Positions 9,054-18,946 of a stretch of DNA of 32,475 nucleotides are shown here, piece after piece. The notes beneath the pieces are model-generated. The model was not told where the DNA came from. It was given only the letters and a program-made list of their open reading frames with translations, and did not search any database. Each line of letters begins with the position of its first letter. The stretch's first letter is position 1. This DNA is from a virus (Duplodnaviria > Heunggongvirae > Uroviricota > Caudoviricetes). Both the position numbers and the translations under genes were made by a program. The stretch spans positions 1-32,475 of the IMG/VR virus record IMGVR_UViG_2778261088_000010. One strand, 5' to 3'.

Positions 9054-10529
9054 CTACTGTCGTTTCGTTGCGGCACTGCTGCCTCCTTTATCACTGGCCG
9101 GATCGGTATCAAATACCAGGTCCAGCTTGCGGTTTTCATCAATTTCGGCCTTGCGCCGACGTTTGACATCATCCGGATTACGACCACCTGCACGTACCCA
9201 GTCTGATTCTGTCGCCGCTCCACCACGAATCTGGATTTTCCAGGCCTCAGCCTCCTTAACAGGATCAATCCACGGCATCACCGGTCCGGAATACACCGCG
9301 GTATACAGTGAAGAACGGTCAAGATCGCGGGGTAGCCTGATAACACCGGATGCCACAGCCTGTTTCAGCCAGGCACGATACATCGGGCGGGTGACGGCAC
9401 CAATAAACCAGTCCTGCAGGATCAGGTAGCCATCAGTGGATTCAACCAGCTCCTGACGCTGGGCGCTGTAAGTGCCGTTATAGTTGCGCGCTGTACTGGA
9501 AAAACTCAGACGACTGCCCGCCGCCACGGCACGCAACTGAGCATTACGAAAAGTTTCAAGGTTAGGATTTGGGCGATCCGACTTCACCATTCCGATTTCT
9601 TCGCCGGGTTTCAGATCGTCGTAAATAATGCCTGGCTGAATGGTAAGCTCGCGTTCATTCTCCTTGCTGTAATTACCATCCGTTTCATAGCTCTGTCCGT
9701 CGCCTTTGCGGATGTACATCCCCAGAGCAGCGGCGACCCTTGCTGCAGTCAGCTCAGAATCTTCATACTCTTTCAGGGCGCTGAGGCGGATCAGCACACC
9801 GGACAATAAAGACGTCCCGCGCATCTGGTGCAGACGGCGAACAAATTTAAGATGCAGCATTCGCTCTGCATCCACTTCTTTGGTTTCCATCTGCCGTCCG
9901 GATACAGGACGACTTTTATACACCAGATATTTTTCGGGACGCCCCCAGTCATCAACAAACACGCCCTGATTCAGCCTGTTGCTCTCATCACTGGTCATGG
10001 GAATAAAGTCCGGCTCGAGCGCCTCCAGCCAGAAATGAACACCGGCAGAAGGCGTCAGGCTGTTTATGCGCCCGGAAACCATCTGGGCAAACACCTCACC
10101 ATCGCGCAGCCAGGTACGCAGCATCAGACGTTCCAGCATCGGACGGGTAAACTGCCCGGTGACCTCCGGACTGACAGACCATTCACTCCATCGGGTACGT
10201 ATCTCCGCTGCCAGATCACGGGCAATGGCCCCATTGCGTAATACCGGATGTGGCTCGACAATAATCCCGTTTTTCCCCACCACCCGTTCTTCCAGCTTGT
10301 CAAATACACCAATAACCAGATCGTGGTTGTTATCAAGGTAACGGGCCTGCTCACGTAACGACACGGCCCCGTACTGGCTTAACTGGTCGGCAGTTCGGTT
10401 CTCCCGTCGGGCTTTGTGTGTCCGCGTCGTTTTTACGGCCTCATAAGCCTGGATCACCGCACGGGAACGCAGCCTTGCCGCTTTCCATCCTGGTGAAAAA
10501 ACGCCAATCACATCATCAAGAATTGCCAT
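9054..10529 (-). CDS. Portal protein
   Basis: About 491 aa, sitting between W and the protease-capsid gene. The start is taken at the ATG at 10529, which overlaps the W stop as TGATG, suggesting translational coupling. Confidence 0.8.
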   Translation of the reverse strand: MAILDDVIGVFSPGWKAARLRSRAVIQAYEAVKTTRTHKARRENRTADQLSQYGAVSLREQARYLDNNHDLVIGVFDKLEERVVGKNGIIVEPHPVLRNGAIARDLAAEIRTRWSEWSVSPEVTGQFTRPMLERLMLRTWLRDGEVFAQMVSGRINSLTPSAGVHFWLEALEPDFIPMTSDESNRLNQGVFVDDWGRPEKYLVYKSRPVSGRQMETKEVDAERMLHLKFVRRLHQMRGTSLLSGVLIRLSALKEYEDSELTAARVAAALGMYIRKGDGQSYETDGNYSKENERELTIQPGIIYDDLKPGEEIGMVKSDRPNPNLETFRNAQLRAVAAGSRLSFSSTARNYNGTYSAQRQELVESTDGYLILQDWFIGAVTRPMYRAWLKQAVASGVIRLPRDLDRSSLYTAVYSGPVMPWIDPVKEAEAWKIQIRGGAATESDWVRAGGRNPDDVKRRRKAEIDENRKLDLVFDTDPASDKGGSSAATKRQ

Positions 10530-10741
10530 CAGAACCTCGCCAGCCGGTACCCGGGATGCCCACGTCGTCGTGTAATCAGAGCCGCAAGGCGGCGCTCCCA
10601 CTCCTGCCGCCCCTGCCGGATCTCAGATAAGTTTTCCATGGTCATCTGCTGACCATTAAAAGTGACGGATTTTCCGTCCAGCACCGCCATTTCAGCTTCC
10701 GTATAACGCTGAATCATGGCTTCAATATCATTCTGATTCAT
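10529..10741 (-). CDS. W: Head-tail joining protein W-like
   Basis: About 70 aa, lying between the large terminase and portal, with an RRRG motif near the C-terminus as in gpW. Its start overlaps the terminase stop as ATGA. Confidence 0.65.
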   Translation of the reverse strand: MNQNDIEAMIQRYTEAEMAVLDGKSVTFNGQQMTMENLSEIRQGRQEWERRLAALITRRRGHPGYRLARF

Positions 10742-12837
10742 AACCATCCTCCGGAAGTCAGCCAGGGGTTAACATCGTCAGTTACTGTTTTCTTCCGTTT
10801 TTGTTTTTTAACAGGCGTGGATACCGGTTCCGGTGAGGGTGACGGTTCGGTACTGTCCGGGACACACTCCAGCCAGGCTTCCCGGCTCGCCCACTCCGGT
10901 GCATCCGGCCAGCGGATCTTTTCGTATCCATGCAGAATGACCAGAGCCTCGGCATACACCATCAGGTCAAAAGCTTCGTTGGCACCGCGACCCGGCTTAC
11001 TCCATTTCCCGTCACTGCTCCGCTCTTCATACGTCAGTTCGTCGTAAAACCAGCTCCCCAGCCAGTCAGGGAAATGCACATAGCCGGGACCTGGCGAGTC
11101 ACGCCATAACGCGTTATTCACCCGGTCTTTCAGGGCATCCGTCTGAAGAAGCCAGAGCGGCACATCACCTGCGGCCTGCGCCCGTCGGCCCGTTCGTCCG
11201 GTGTTATCAGGGAATGTACGGGTGATCAGTTTTGCGCGCCGGATGCTGTCGCCCTTAAACAGGTAAATACGTTTACCAAGGCCATCACGACGGCAACGAC
11301 GCCAGAATTTATAGGCATTATCAGTGACCCCGTCTTCACCGCCGGAGTCCACCGCCATTGCCATCAGTCGCATTTGTTGAGAAGGGTCGGAGGCCAGCGG
11401 CCAGCTTTTATGAAAAACATCCGTCAGCAGGACATCCCAGTCTTCCGGATAGCTGGCTGGATCAATTCGCTGGCTCTCCCCGTCGCTGTCACCGCGCAAT
11501 GACTGCGTGATGTTGTAACGATCAATAATCCAGCGTTCGCCACGGCTGCCATAGCCCGTTACCTGAACCACAAAACGGCGATGACGTCCCGCCTGCACAT
11601 CCACTGTCGCCACAAGGAAATTAACGCCATCCGGCACACTGCGGGAAGGAACTGGCTCTGCCCGCTGCTCAAGCAATTCACTTTTTCGTTGCTCCATGCT
11701 GGCACGAGGAAGATAAGGCAATCCCCAGTCGGTGTTGATAACCGCCCTGAGTGTTTCTTCGCTTCCTGTCGCTTCATACTCCTGTTCTGCAGTCAGTAAT
11801 TTGTAAACCAGTTGCGCCCAGGTCTGATACGCAGCAGCTGGCCCTTCCATCCAGAAACTGGCGATACGGGAGCGGCGCGGTTCACCGGAAACGTTGCCGT
11901 TACGATCAATGACCTGCCCTTCACGCAACCAGACTCCTGCACTATTGAGCTCACGCTTTTTCTCCGCAGTGATAATGCCGCTGCAGTGCGGGCAAAGTAG
12001 ATACGCCGCCTCACTGGCTTTAAAGGGATCCGGTTCATTACGGTAGCCGGTCATGGCATCCATGGCTGGCTGAAAATATTCACCGCAGTGCGGACATGGC
12101 CAGTACCAGCGGCGGCGGTCACCACGATTGTAAAGGGAAAGAATACCAGTCGTCGGTGGCGCTTCATGAGGCGACTTACGTCGCCATTTGCTGTCGCAGA
12201 TGTCACGTCCCGGCGAGCTCTCCACCAGAGTCATCCCGGCGGACATAAATGTGGTGGTACGTTTTGAGGCCAGGGAGAAACCATCACCCTCGCTGTCGAT
12301 ATTCTCCGGAAAACGGTCGTAATCGGTTAAGGCGACAAACCGGTAATCCGACGACGACATAATGTTGACCGAGGGCCAACCAATTTTAAGGAACGAGCCA
12401 TCCCTGAACGTCTTATCATGGACATTATTGTCGTTACGACGTGGACTCATTCTTTTCTTTACCGCCGCACTGCTTCTGAACGTTCTGTCGAGGCGCTTTT
12501 TAGAATGCTCGCGGGCCTTATCTTCGGTCATCTGCACAACGAGCATGTCCGAAGGATCGCAAACGATGGTATAGACAATCCATCCATCGATCAGACCAAT
12601 GGTCTTCCCTGTTCGCGCAGGACCAACAAAAATCACCGCATCGTATTCACGCGATGCCAGGCAGTTCATGGGCTCAATGATGTAGGGTGTCAGTTCAGGA
12701 TCCCATGGCACCGAGTTACCAGCCCCCTTGGGAACACGCATGAATTTTTTAACAGCCTCCGAAATCGGCATGCGACGTGGTGGGGAAAATCCTGCCGATA
12801 TGTCCCTTCCCAAATTTCGGGCTGATGAAAAACCCAT
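10738..12837 (-). CDS. A: Terminase large subunit (lambda A-like)
   Basis: A 699-aa ORF directly downstream of the small terminase subunit, with a P-loop-like VGPARTGKT motif. Size and position match lambda gpA. Confidence 0.85.
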   Translation of the reverse strand: MGFSSARNLGRDISAGFSPPRRMPISEAVKKFMRVPKGAGNSVPWDPELTPYIIEPMNCLASREYDAVIFVGPARTGKTIGLIDGWIVYTIVCDPSDMLVVQMTEDKAREHSKKRLDRTFRSSAAVKKRMSPRRNDNNVHDKTFRDGSFLKIGWPSVNIMSSSDYRFVALTDYDRFPENIDSEGDGFSLASKRTTTFMSAGMTLVESSPGRDICDSKWRRKSPHEAPPTTGILSLYNRGDRRRWYWPCPHCGEYFQPAMDAMTGYRNEPDPFKASEAAYLLCPHCSGIITAEKKRELNSAGVWLREGQVIDRNGNVSGEPRRSRIASFWMEGPAAAYQTWAQLVYKLLTAEQEYEATGSEETLRAVINTDWGLPYLPRASMEQRKSELLEQRAEPVPSRSVPDGVNFLVATVDVQAGRHRRFVVQVTGYGSRGERWIIDRYNITQSLRGDSDGESQRIDPASYPEDWDVLLTDVFHKSWPLASDPSQQMRLMAMAVDSGGEDGVTDNAYKFWRRCRRDGLGKRIYLFKGDSIRRAKLITRTFPDNTGRTGRRAQAAGDVPLWLLQTDALKDRVNNALWRDSPGPGYVHFPDWLGSWFYDELTYEERSSDGKWSKPGRGANEAFDLMVYAEALVILHGYEKIRWPDAPEWASREAWLECVPDSTEPSPSPEPVSTPVKKQKRKKTVTDDVNPWLTSGGWL

Positions 12838-12845
12838 TATTCCTC

Positions 12846-13373
12846 CTAGAGACTCTCTCCTTCCTCATCAGGAATTAATTCAGCAGCACAAGCCTCGTAG
12901 GATTTTTCCTGAAGAGTGTATCGCAGGTCATCAATGGCCTGCTGTACAACGCCGACGGCCTGAGGAGTCAGGGCGCAATCGCGTTCAAGAACATCCGGAA
13001 TTGTCTCCAGAACCTGGACGACAGCCTTTCTCATGGACGAATAGACGATGACTACTTCATCAACGGGGATGAGTTTTCGCTGCTCCTTTTCCAGCTTGAT
13101 CCTTTCATTTTCAGATTGGTACCAGTCCTTTCTCTCTTTCGGCTCCATACGGGATGGATCATGAACAGAGTCTGCTGCCTCATGCTTCACACTAAACAGG
13201 GCTGGCCCGACATGCTGCAGGGCGTAAACGGGGTTCCCCCTGATAGTCGCAGCCACAGGAGTGTTGGCCGCGAGGAGCCGTTTTTTTACTGTGTCCCGGT
13301 GAAGCCCAAAGGCCTCAGCGATTTTAAAAACACTCCAGTAATAAGCATCACCGATCCCGCTCACATTTGACAT
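12846..13373 (-). CDS. nu1: Terminase small subunit (Nu1-like)
   Basis: It begins about 190 bp from the cos-like sequence, as lambda Nu1 does. The N-terminus has a helix-turn-helix-like segment. The start is taken at the Met at 13373, which has a GGAG RBS. Confidence 0.75.
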   Translation of the reverse strand: MSNVSGIGDAYYWSVFKIAEAFGLHRDTVKKRLLAANTPVAATIRGNPVYALQHVGPALFSVKHEAADSVHDPSRMEPKERKDWYQSENERIKLEKEQRKLIPVDEVVIVYSSMRKAVVQVLETIPDVLERDCALTPQAVGVVQQAIDDLRYTLQEKSYEACAAELIPDEEGESL

Positions 13374-13544
13374 AAGCAACTCCATCTGGCAGGTGAAAAT
13401 CATGTTTATTTATATATTTCAATTAATTGCAAACTGGTCTAATGACAGGGAGAAAAAAATATTGTACAGGTGAAAAGAGAAATAACTTTTAATTATCAAT
13501 AAATTACCAAACATGCTGCCGCCGCCATGGAAATGCAAAAACTA

Positions 13545-13580
13545 GCCTTTTTCCGCGACGCTCCCGCCCCGTGGCAGGCC
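13545..13580. other. cos-like site (cosN region) in inverted orientation
   Basis: The sequence CCGCGACGCTCCCGCCCCGTGG resembles the reverse complement of the lambda cos junction (CCGCGAGGTCGCCGCCCCGTAA, from memory). It lies where cos is expected, between the lysis module and Nu1. Confidence 0.4.
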
Positions 13581-14057
13581 ACCCCACCGGGAGGACCCGT
13601 CAGCCTGACAGCTCTGACGAACGTCTGATACAACGCCTTGCATGAATGGCATCGGGATAATCCAGAAAGGCATAGCATCGTGCCCACAAGAATCTGTGTA
13701 AGTGTCCTGTTTCTTCCACCCCCGCACAGGACTGGCGAGCATGAGGGACAAACCCGCGAACCATAAACGCGGTAAAAACCCGGTGTGCATCGTTTTTGAT
13801 TATTCCCGCATACTCGCGCAGAAGGAGTTCCCCGTCGGGCTACGGTCTCTGTTAATACGGGAATACGGCGACGATACAGCGCATGATGTGTCAGGCTTGA
13901 ATACCTTTATCCGTTAAAAGGGATATCAGTTAAGCTATCCCGTGTAGGGTATAAGCCATTATCAAAGCCACTCTGTAGGGAATGGCTTTTGTGATGGCAA
14001 TAAAAAGCCACACATATGCGTGGCCATATCATGTATAAAATCTTATACAACGAATGT

Positions 14058-14798
14058 TTATTTCGTAGGGAAAGATGTGATCACATCAACGATGGGCTGG
14101 ATTGAAAATCCAATACCAATTCCGGAGTTAGCATTCTGCGACATCATGTCCGAAACAATCTGTAGCGATCTACCAAACATGTCCGCCATTTGCCCGAAAT
14201 TAACACCCATGATCTCAACACTTCCATGCTGACTTGCTGAAGAAAGATATTGTCGCAGTTGGGCTATTTCTTGGCTGAAAGCATCAGCCTGATCGCCCAT
14301 TATATATCTACGCTGGGTGACGATACCTACTAACTCTCCCGAATCTCGATCAATAATAGGTCCTCCTGAGTTCCCCCCATTAACCATTCCATCAAGCGTA
14401 AATCGGCCATGCTCCATCGGTGCTGAAATAATTGCCTCACTTGTTAGTAACAGAGGTATCCCATGCGGGTATCCTGCAAAAATTACTTTTCTGCCCCTGG
14501 ATGGAGCAAACCCAGCAGATGGTTGAAGGACTGTTCTCCCGGCAGGAAGCTGTGATTGCAACCGCATAATCGCAAAGTCGTTGTCACCATCAATGTGCAA
14601 TATTTGAGCTTCGATATGCTCATTAACTTCAGTTTGAAGGATGACATGATTAATTTGACGCAGGTTCTGCAAGTCACAGCAGGTGGCGACAACATGCAAA
14701 TTGGTTACGACCAGATCTTCTCGCATGAAGCTGAACCCACTACCACGAGAATCACCTGCAATGACCTGAAACGTTGCGTTGGCTAAAGTTTGATGCAT
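14058..14798 (-). CDS. Trypsin-like (S1/chymotrypsin-fold) serine protease; probable moron
   Basis: The triad context is visible: TNLHVV (His), DNDFAIMRL (Asp) and GNSGGPIID (Ser). No N-terminal signal peptide is evident. A GGAG RBS precedes the ATG at 14798. The gene looks AT-richer than the flanking phage genes. Confidence 0.7.
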   Translation of the reverse strand: MHQTLANATFQVIAGDSRGSGFSFMREDLVVTNLHVVATCCDLQNLRQINHVILQTEVNEHIEAQILHIDGDNDFAIMRLQSQLPAGRTVLQPSAGFAPSRGRKVIFAGYPHGIPLLLTSEAIISAPMEHGRFTLDGMVNGGNSGGPIIDRDSGELVGIVTQRRYIMGDQADAFSQEIAQLRQYLSSASQHGSVEIMGVNFGQMADMFGRSLQIVSDMMSQNANSGIGIGFSIQPIVDVITSFPTK

Positions 14799-14919
14799 CG
14801 ATTTTCTCCGATACCGGTGAGTGAAAATTCATAATGGATTCATCCACCAGTTTAATTAATGAGATACATCAATTCACACGCAAAATATTCAACGCATCAA
14901 TCAGCTCGTTTTATTTTTG

Positions 14920-15348
<429 letters not shown>

Positions 15349-15428
15349 TAAGGCAGGAGGTTCATCTTTCAGTGGCTGCCAGTGTTATTTCCCCACTTTC
15401 TGGCCTGGGTTGTTTCGTGGTACTGCCG

Positions 15429-15971
15429 TTAATTGGTGAGTCCGGGGATTACGGTTTGCCCGTGCTGTTCAAGGCGTTCAATTCTCGCCAGTAGCTGAGG
15501 CTTCTTAATTTTTCCCCAGCGATTAAGCAGGCGGCCTGACATGCTGGCAACATCCTTCTCTTTCATGTACTCCAGCATTACGGCATTTCTCTCTTCTTCA
15601 AATTGACGATGACTAACCTGAAGCAGGGCGTACATCCAGTTGAATGCGTTGATATAAGCAATTTTGATACGCATTGCTTCTTTTTTGGTGTAGGACATAA
15701 CCAAAAGCATCAACCCATCCTTACGTAGCCGATAGAATTTTTGTGGCTTACCATTCTATAACTCATTGTTTTTATAGCAAACCTCAAAATTGAGTTTTGT
15801 ATCAAACTCTTCAGGACAAGCAGCGATAGTTCTTTCTACATCACGCACAACGTTGTCATGTCGCTTACGAAATGCTTTCGCCACCATAAATGAATCGGTG
15901 ACAGGGTCATTGTTGGTAATAAAAACCAGTTCTTTGAAATCAATGCCGTCAACGATAGTTGGATAATTCAT
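15429..15971 (-). pseudogene. rha: Rha-family phage regulatory protein interrupted by an in-frame TAG
   Basis: The 71-aa and 94-aa track ORFs are in the same frame, separated by a single TAG at 15758..15756. The joined translation (ELVFITNNDPVTDSFMVAKAFRKRHDNVVRDVE...LNFE...*NGKPQKFYRLRKDGLMLLVMSYTKKEAMRIKIAYINAFNWM) follows the Rha N-terminal domain pattern across the stop. Confidence 0.7.
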
Positions 15972-16118
15972 CGGTAATTACCTTTTAGTGATGAACCTTG
16001 TCACACAGGATTCCGGCCCACAGAAAGGCACCGATAACCAAACCAGCATCCTCAAGGGTCATCCTGAAAGGCTCTGTGTTCATAAGTCGCGCGTGTGAAG
16101 CGCATTTACTGAGGACAT

Positions 16119-16142
16119 AAAAAAGCCCCGCTTCTGCGAGGC
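16119..16142 (-). terminator. Hairpin plus U-tract downstream of Rz
   Basis: On the minus strand the imperfect hairpin GCCTCGCAGAAGCGGGGC is followed by TTTTTTAT. Confidence 0.45.
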
Positions 16143-16184
16143 ATTTTCCTGAAAGTCACTTGTTAAATTTCAGTGAAGTTAAAA

Positions 16185-16646
16185 TTATTTTAAGCACTGA
16201 GTCCTGATGTACTCCTGCAGGTAGTTAACCTGCGCGGTTATCTTGTCGATTCCACTTCGGAGACGGTAATAATTGAATTCAGCATCTGCTGTAAGTCCTG
16301 GGCTTTCTCCATCGCCCATGCTGCTGGCTCCGGTCGTTGATTTTGCACAGGTGGCGGCGACTTGCAGGCGCTTACGCCCAGAAGAAACATCAGCACGGAG
16401 ACTTTCGATAGTCGCGTTAGCATCAGCAAGCTCCTTTGTGTATCTGGCGTCAAGTTCTGCTACGTCACGTTGACGCTTCTGCATATCAGAGATAGTCGCC
16501 ATAGCCGAATCTAATGCCATAGCATTCTCATCACGCTGCTTTTTGTATTCGATGGCTTTGCTGTAGTAATAATTTGCTGAACAGATAAAAGAACCAATGA
16601 CAGTAACGAAGAATGCAGCGATAACCAGCTTATAGCTCAACTTCAT
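16185..16646 (-). CDS. Rz: Rz i-spanin
   Basis: The 153-aa product has an N-terminal transmembrane segment and a conserved core (QRDENA...MQKRQRDVAELDARYTKELADA) very similar to lambda Rz. Confidence 0.85.
   Translation of the reverse strand: MKLSYKLVIAAFFVTVIGSFICSANYYYSKAIEYKKQRDENAMALDSAMATISDMQKRQRDVAELDARYTKELADANATIESLRADVSSGRKRLQVAATCAKSTTGASSMGDGESPGLTADAEFNYYRLRSGIDKITAQVNYLQEYIRTQCLK
16238..16423 (-). CDS. Rz1: Rz1 o-spanin, embedded in the +1 frame of Rz
   Basis: An ORF nested inside Rz in another frame, with a lipoprotein signal and lipobox (MLTRLSKVSVLMFLLGVSAC) followed by a Pro-rich stretch, as for lambda Rz1. Confidence 0.6.
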   Translation of the reverse strand: MLTRLSKVSVLMFLLGVSACKSPPPVQNQRPEPAAWAMEKAQDLQQMLNSIITVSEVESTR

Positions 16647-17106
16647 TTATCACCCCGCCAGCCTCTTTGAATCGGGCAATCAGGTCACCGATTTTATGTT
16701 CATACTGACCGTAACCAGCGCCCGGCAGTGAAGCCCAGATATTGCTGCAACGATCGATAGCCTGACGAATATCGCCGCGATCAATCATCGGTAAAGCGCC
16801 ACGCTCTTTAATCTGCTGCAATGCCACAGCATCCTGGCTTTTTGGAGAGAAGTCTTTCAGCCTAAGCTGCTTGCGGTAAGCATCCCACCAGCGTGAAAGA
16901 AGTTGATAACGGCCTGCAGCTGTTGATTTGAGTTTGGGGTTTAGCGTGACAAGTTTGCGAGGGTGATCGGAGTAATCAGCGAAGAGTTCACCACCAACAA
17001 TAACGTCATAACCGTGGTTACGTGTCGGTTGTCGTCCGTTATCCGTTCCTTCTGACCAAGCCACCATATCGAGGAAAGCTTTACGCTGGGAATTTAGTAC
17101 CTGCAT
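16630..17106 (-). CDS. R: Endolysin (lambda R-type lytic transglycosylase)
   Basis: The 158-aa product (NSQRKAFLDMVAWSEGTDNGRQPTRNHGYDVIVGGELF...) is near-identical in pattern to lambda R. Confidence 0.9.
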   Translation of the reverse strand: MQVLNSQRKAFLDMVAWSEGTDNGRQPTRNHGYDVIVGGELFADYSDHPRKLVTLNPKLKSTAAGRYQLLSRWWDAYRKQLRLKDFSPKSQDAVALQQIKERGALPMIDRGDIRQAIDRCSNIWASLPGAGYGQYEHKIGDLIARFKEAGGVINEVEL

Positions 17107-17109
17107 AAA

Positions 17110-17436
17110 TTACTCCTTAGAGCCACCAAATTTGTTACCGATTACTCGCATTGCAGCCCCACGAATAGCATCGACACCGATCAGCCCCACCCCACCACCA
17201 ATGGCAACAGATAGTGATTTAGGCCATCCGACATACTCAAGAGCGGATGCAAAAGTCAGCGTCAGAGCGCCACAGAGTAGAATTTCGAGTGTTTTTCGCT
17301 TCCAGCCGCCACCACCGCCAAAATAGGCAATACGTAAACCAGCCATAACAATCGACATAATCACTGCGCCCAGCGGTGTGTCTCCACGCCACCAGCTCTG
17401 GACCAACTCCAGCCAGGTATTTGGGTTATGAGGCAT
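17110..17436 (-). CDS. S: Holin (lambda S-like)
   Basis: A 108-aa product with hydrophobic transmembrane segments, lying immediately upstream of R. Confidence 0.75.
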   Translation of the reverse strand: MPHNPNTWLELVQSWWRGDTPLGAVIMSIVMAGLRIAYFGGGGGWKRKTLEILLCGALTLTFASALEYVGWPKSLSVAIGGGVGLIGVDAIRGAAMRVIGNKFGGSKE

Positions 17437-17587
17437 TTGTAGTTATCTCTCACCTCGCCAATACAGGAGGTGCAAATTGAGGGAACATCATGTACCGCAA
17501 ATCAGAAGCGGAAACGTAAAAGAGGCCGAGCCAATGGATAACTGCGGTATAGACCAGGCTCAACAAATAGCCGGGGCCAGAAACGAC

Positions 17588-17609
17588 AAACCCGCTCGAC
17601 GGCGGGTTT
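17588..17609 (-). terminator. Hairpin about 150 bp upstream of S; candidate tR'-like terminator
   Basis: A perfect 8-bp inverted repeat (AAACCCGC, 6-nt loop, GCGGGTTT) with a modest U-rich tail on the minus strand. The tR' assignment is a positional inference. Confidence 0.3.
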
Positions 17610-17836
17610 AAGCTGTGTGGCGAAGTGACCACTCTTAACACGATACAATAGTTTTTGCGTACGCGTTAGCATTTTTGATGGAAGTTAATGGTTGTTAATC
17701 TTATACTCAGTAAACAAAATTTATGCCGCCTTGAGCATGATGCGACATTAGGCACATGTTTGGATCTTCCTCGAAGATTCGTGCGGTAGCTATGCTCAAA
17801 ATCCAATCAGCTCATAAAACATACTATGGGTTTTAA

Positions 17837-18586
17837 ATGCTCATTCCAACATCTCTATCAAAACAACCAGTAATCGAAGCTGCTTTCGAAATGCGTTTTT
17901 CTAAAGAAACACAAATATCGGAAATAGTTCCAGGGTTTCTTTTTCACGCTCTAGGTTGTACAAAACCAGTAATTAGTTTACCACCCAGTCAAATACCTAA
18001 AAATGTTCGTGAGGGAGATGAACAATTACATTACGCAGTTGTCAGTCGCCTCGAAATCGAAGGGTACTATATTGGACTAAGTGACCATGGTGTTGTTGTA
18101 TCCACCAGCACCAAATATCAAGGGTGGAGTCATTTTAGAGAAAAAATCATTCATGTATTAAATGAGCTTAACAAATTAAATTTAAATGACAACATCATCC
18201 GCTACTCATTAAAGTATGTAGATTTTTTCCCAAAAGAAGACGATTCTAATTTATTTGATAAGCTAAACGTCAGCTTAAATATGGCTGGCGAGTCTATGTC
18301 TAATTATCCGATCAATATCAGAATCGATAAAAATGAAGGCGCATTTCTAAATATAATTCAAATATTATCTCATGCTTTAGTCATGTCAGATAATGGAGAA
18401 TTTAATAAAAAAGGACTAATCCTAGACATAGACAGCATTAGGCAAATCACTAATACTGATGAAATAGATAAGTTTAAAAACGAACCAAAAAAAATTCTTG
18501 ATGATCTTCACTCCTGTAATAAATTAGCTTTCTTTAGTTGCCTTAAAGAGTCAACAATTCAAGAACTAGAACCATCCTACAAATAG
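17837..18586 (+). CDS. Hypothetical protein, first gene of the AT-rich three-gene cassette
   Basis: A 249-aa ORF on the strand opposite to all flanking phage genes, with strongly AT-biased codon usage. No catalytic motif was recognised by eye. Confidence 0.6.
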   Translation: MLIPTSLSKQPVIEAAFEMRFSKETQISEIVPGFLFHALGCTKPVISLPPSQIPKNVREGDEQLHYAVVSRLEIEGYYIGLSDHGVVVSTSTKYQGWSHFREKIIHVLNELNKLNLNDNIIRYSLKYVDFFPKEDDSNLFDKLNVSLNMAGESMSNYPINIRIDKNEGAFLNIIQILSHALVMSDNGEFNKKGLILDIDSIRQITNTDEIDKFKNEPKKILDDLHSCNKLAFFSCLKESTIQELEPSYK

Positions 18587-18601
18587 AAATGGTGGTATGA
18601 T

Positions 18602-18946
18602 ATGTATCCGTCTCATCATGTTTATCGAGCTCAACTTCAAGTATTAACTTTGGTTTTATATGGTCTGCATATAACTGCATTAACAGACATTGCCCAAAAT
18701 CAACAGCATGGTCCTCAACAAAGTTTAATCGTCAAAAATCACGCTTTGGAGTATAAGTCTTCAACTACCGATTCAGTTCATTCCATCACACAAACATATA
18801 AAGCAGGGAGCACAATCTCAGTTGATCAAAGACTTGCAGTCTCGATGACAAACTTTTATGAAAAATTATCGACAAACCAGGTGTCTTTAGGCAGTGAAAT
18901 AAATAAAGTCGTTCATGCTTCACTGTGGGATTTATACTTGGATTAA
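18602..18946 (+). CDS. Hypothetical protein, second gene of the cassette
   Basis: A 114-aa ORF starting 16 nt after the first gene's stop, with a GGTGG RBS-like motif. It has a hydrophobic N-terminal stretch (LQVLTLVLYGLHITAL). Confidence 0.5.
   Translation: MYPSHHVYRAQLQVLTLVLYGLHITALTDIAQNQQHGPQQSLIVKNHALEYKSSTTDSVHSITQTYKAGSTISVDQRLAVSMTNFYEKLSTNQVSLGSEINKVVHASLWDLYLD

Noticed and set aside
13496-13917. Small ORFs in the cos-proximal intergenic region (13496-13687, 13542-13790, 13702-13917)
   Set aside because: They overlap the cos-like sequence, have no convincing RBS and resemble nothing known. They are more likely non-coding packaging or regulatory DNA.
17450-17641. 63-aa minus-strand ORF upstream of the holin
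   Set aside because: It spans the terminator-like hairpin and the presumptive late leader. It is probably non-coding.
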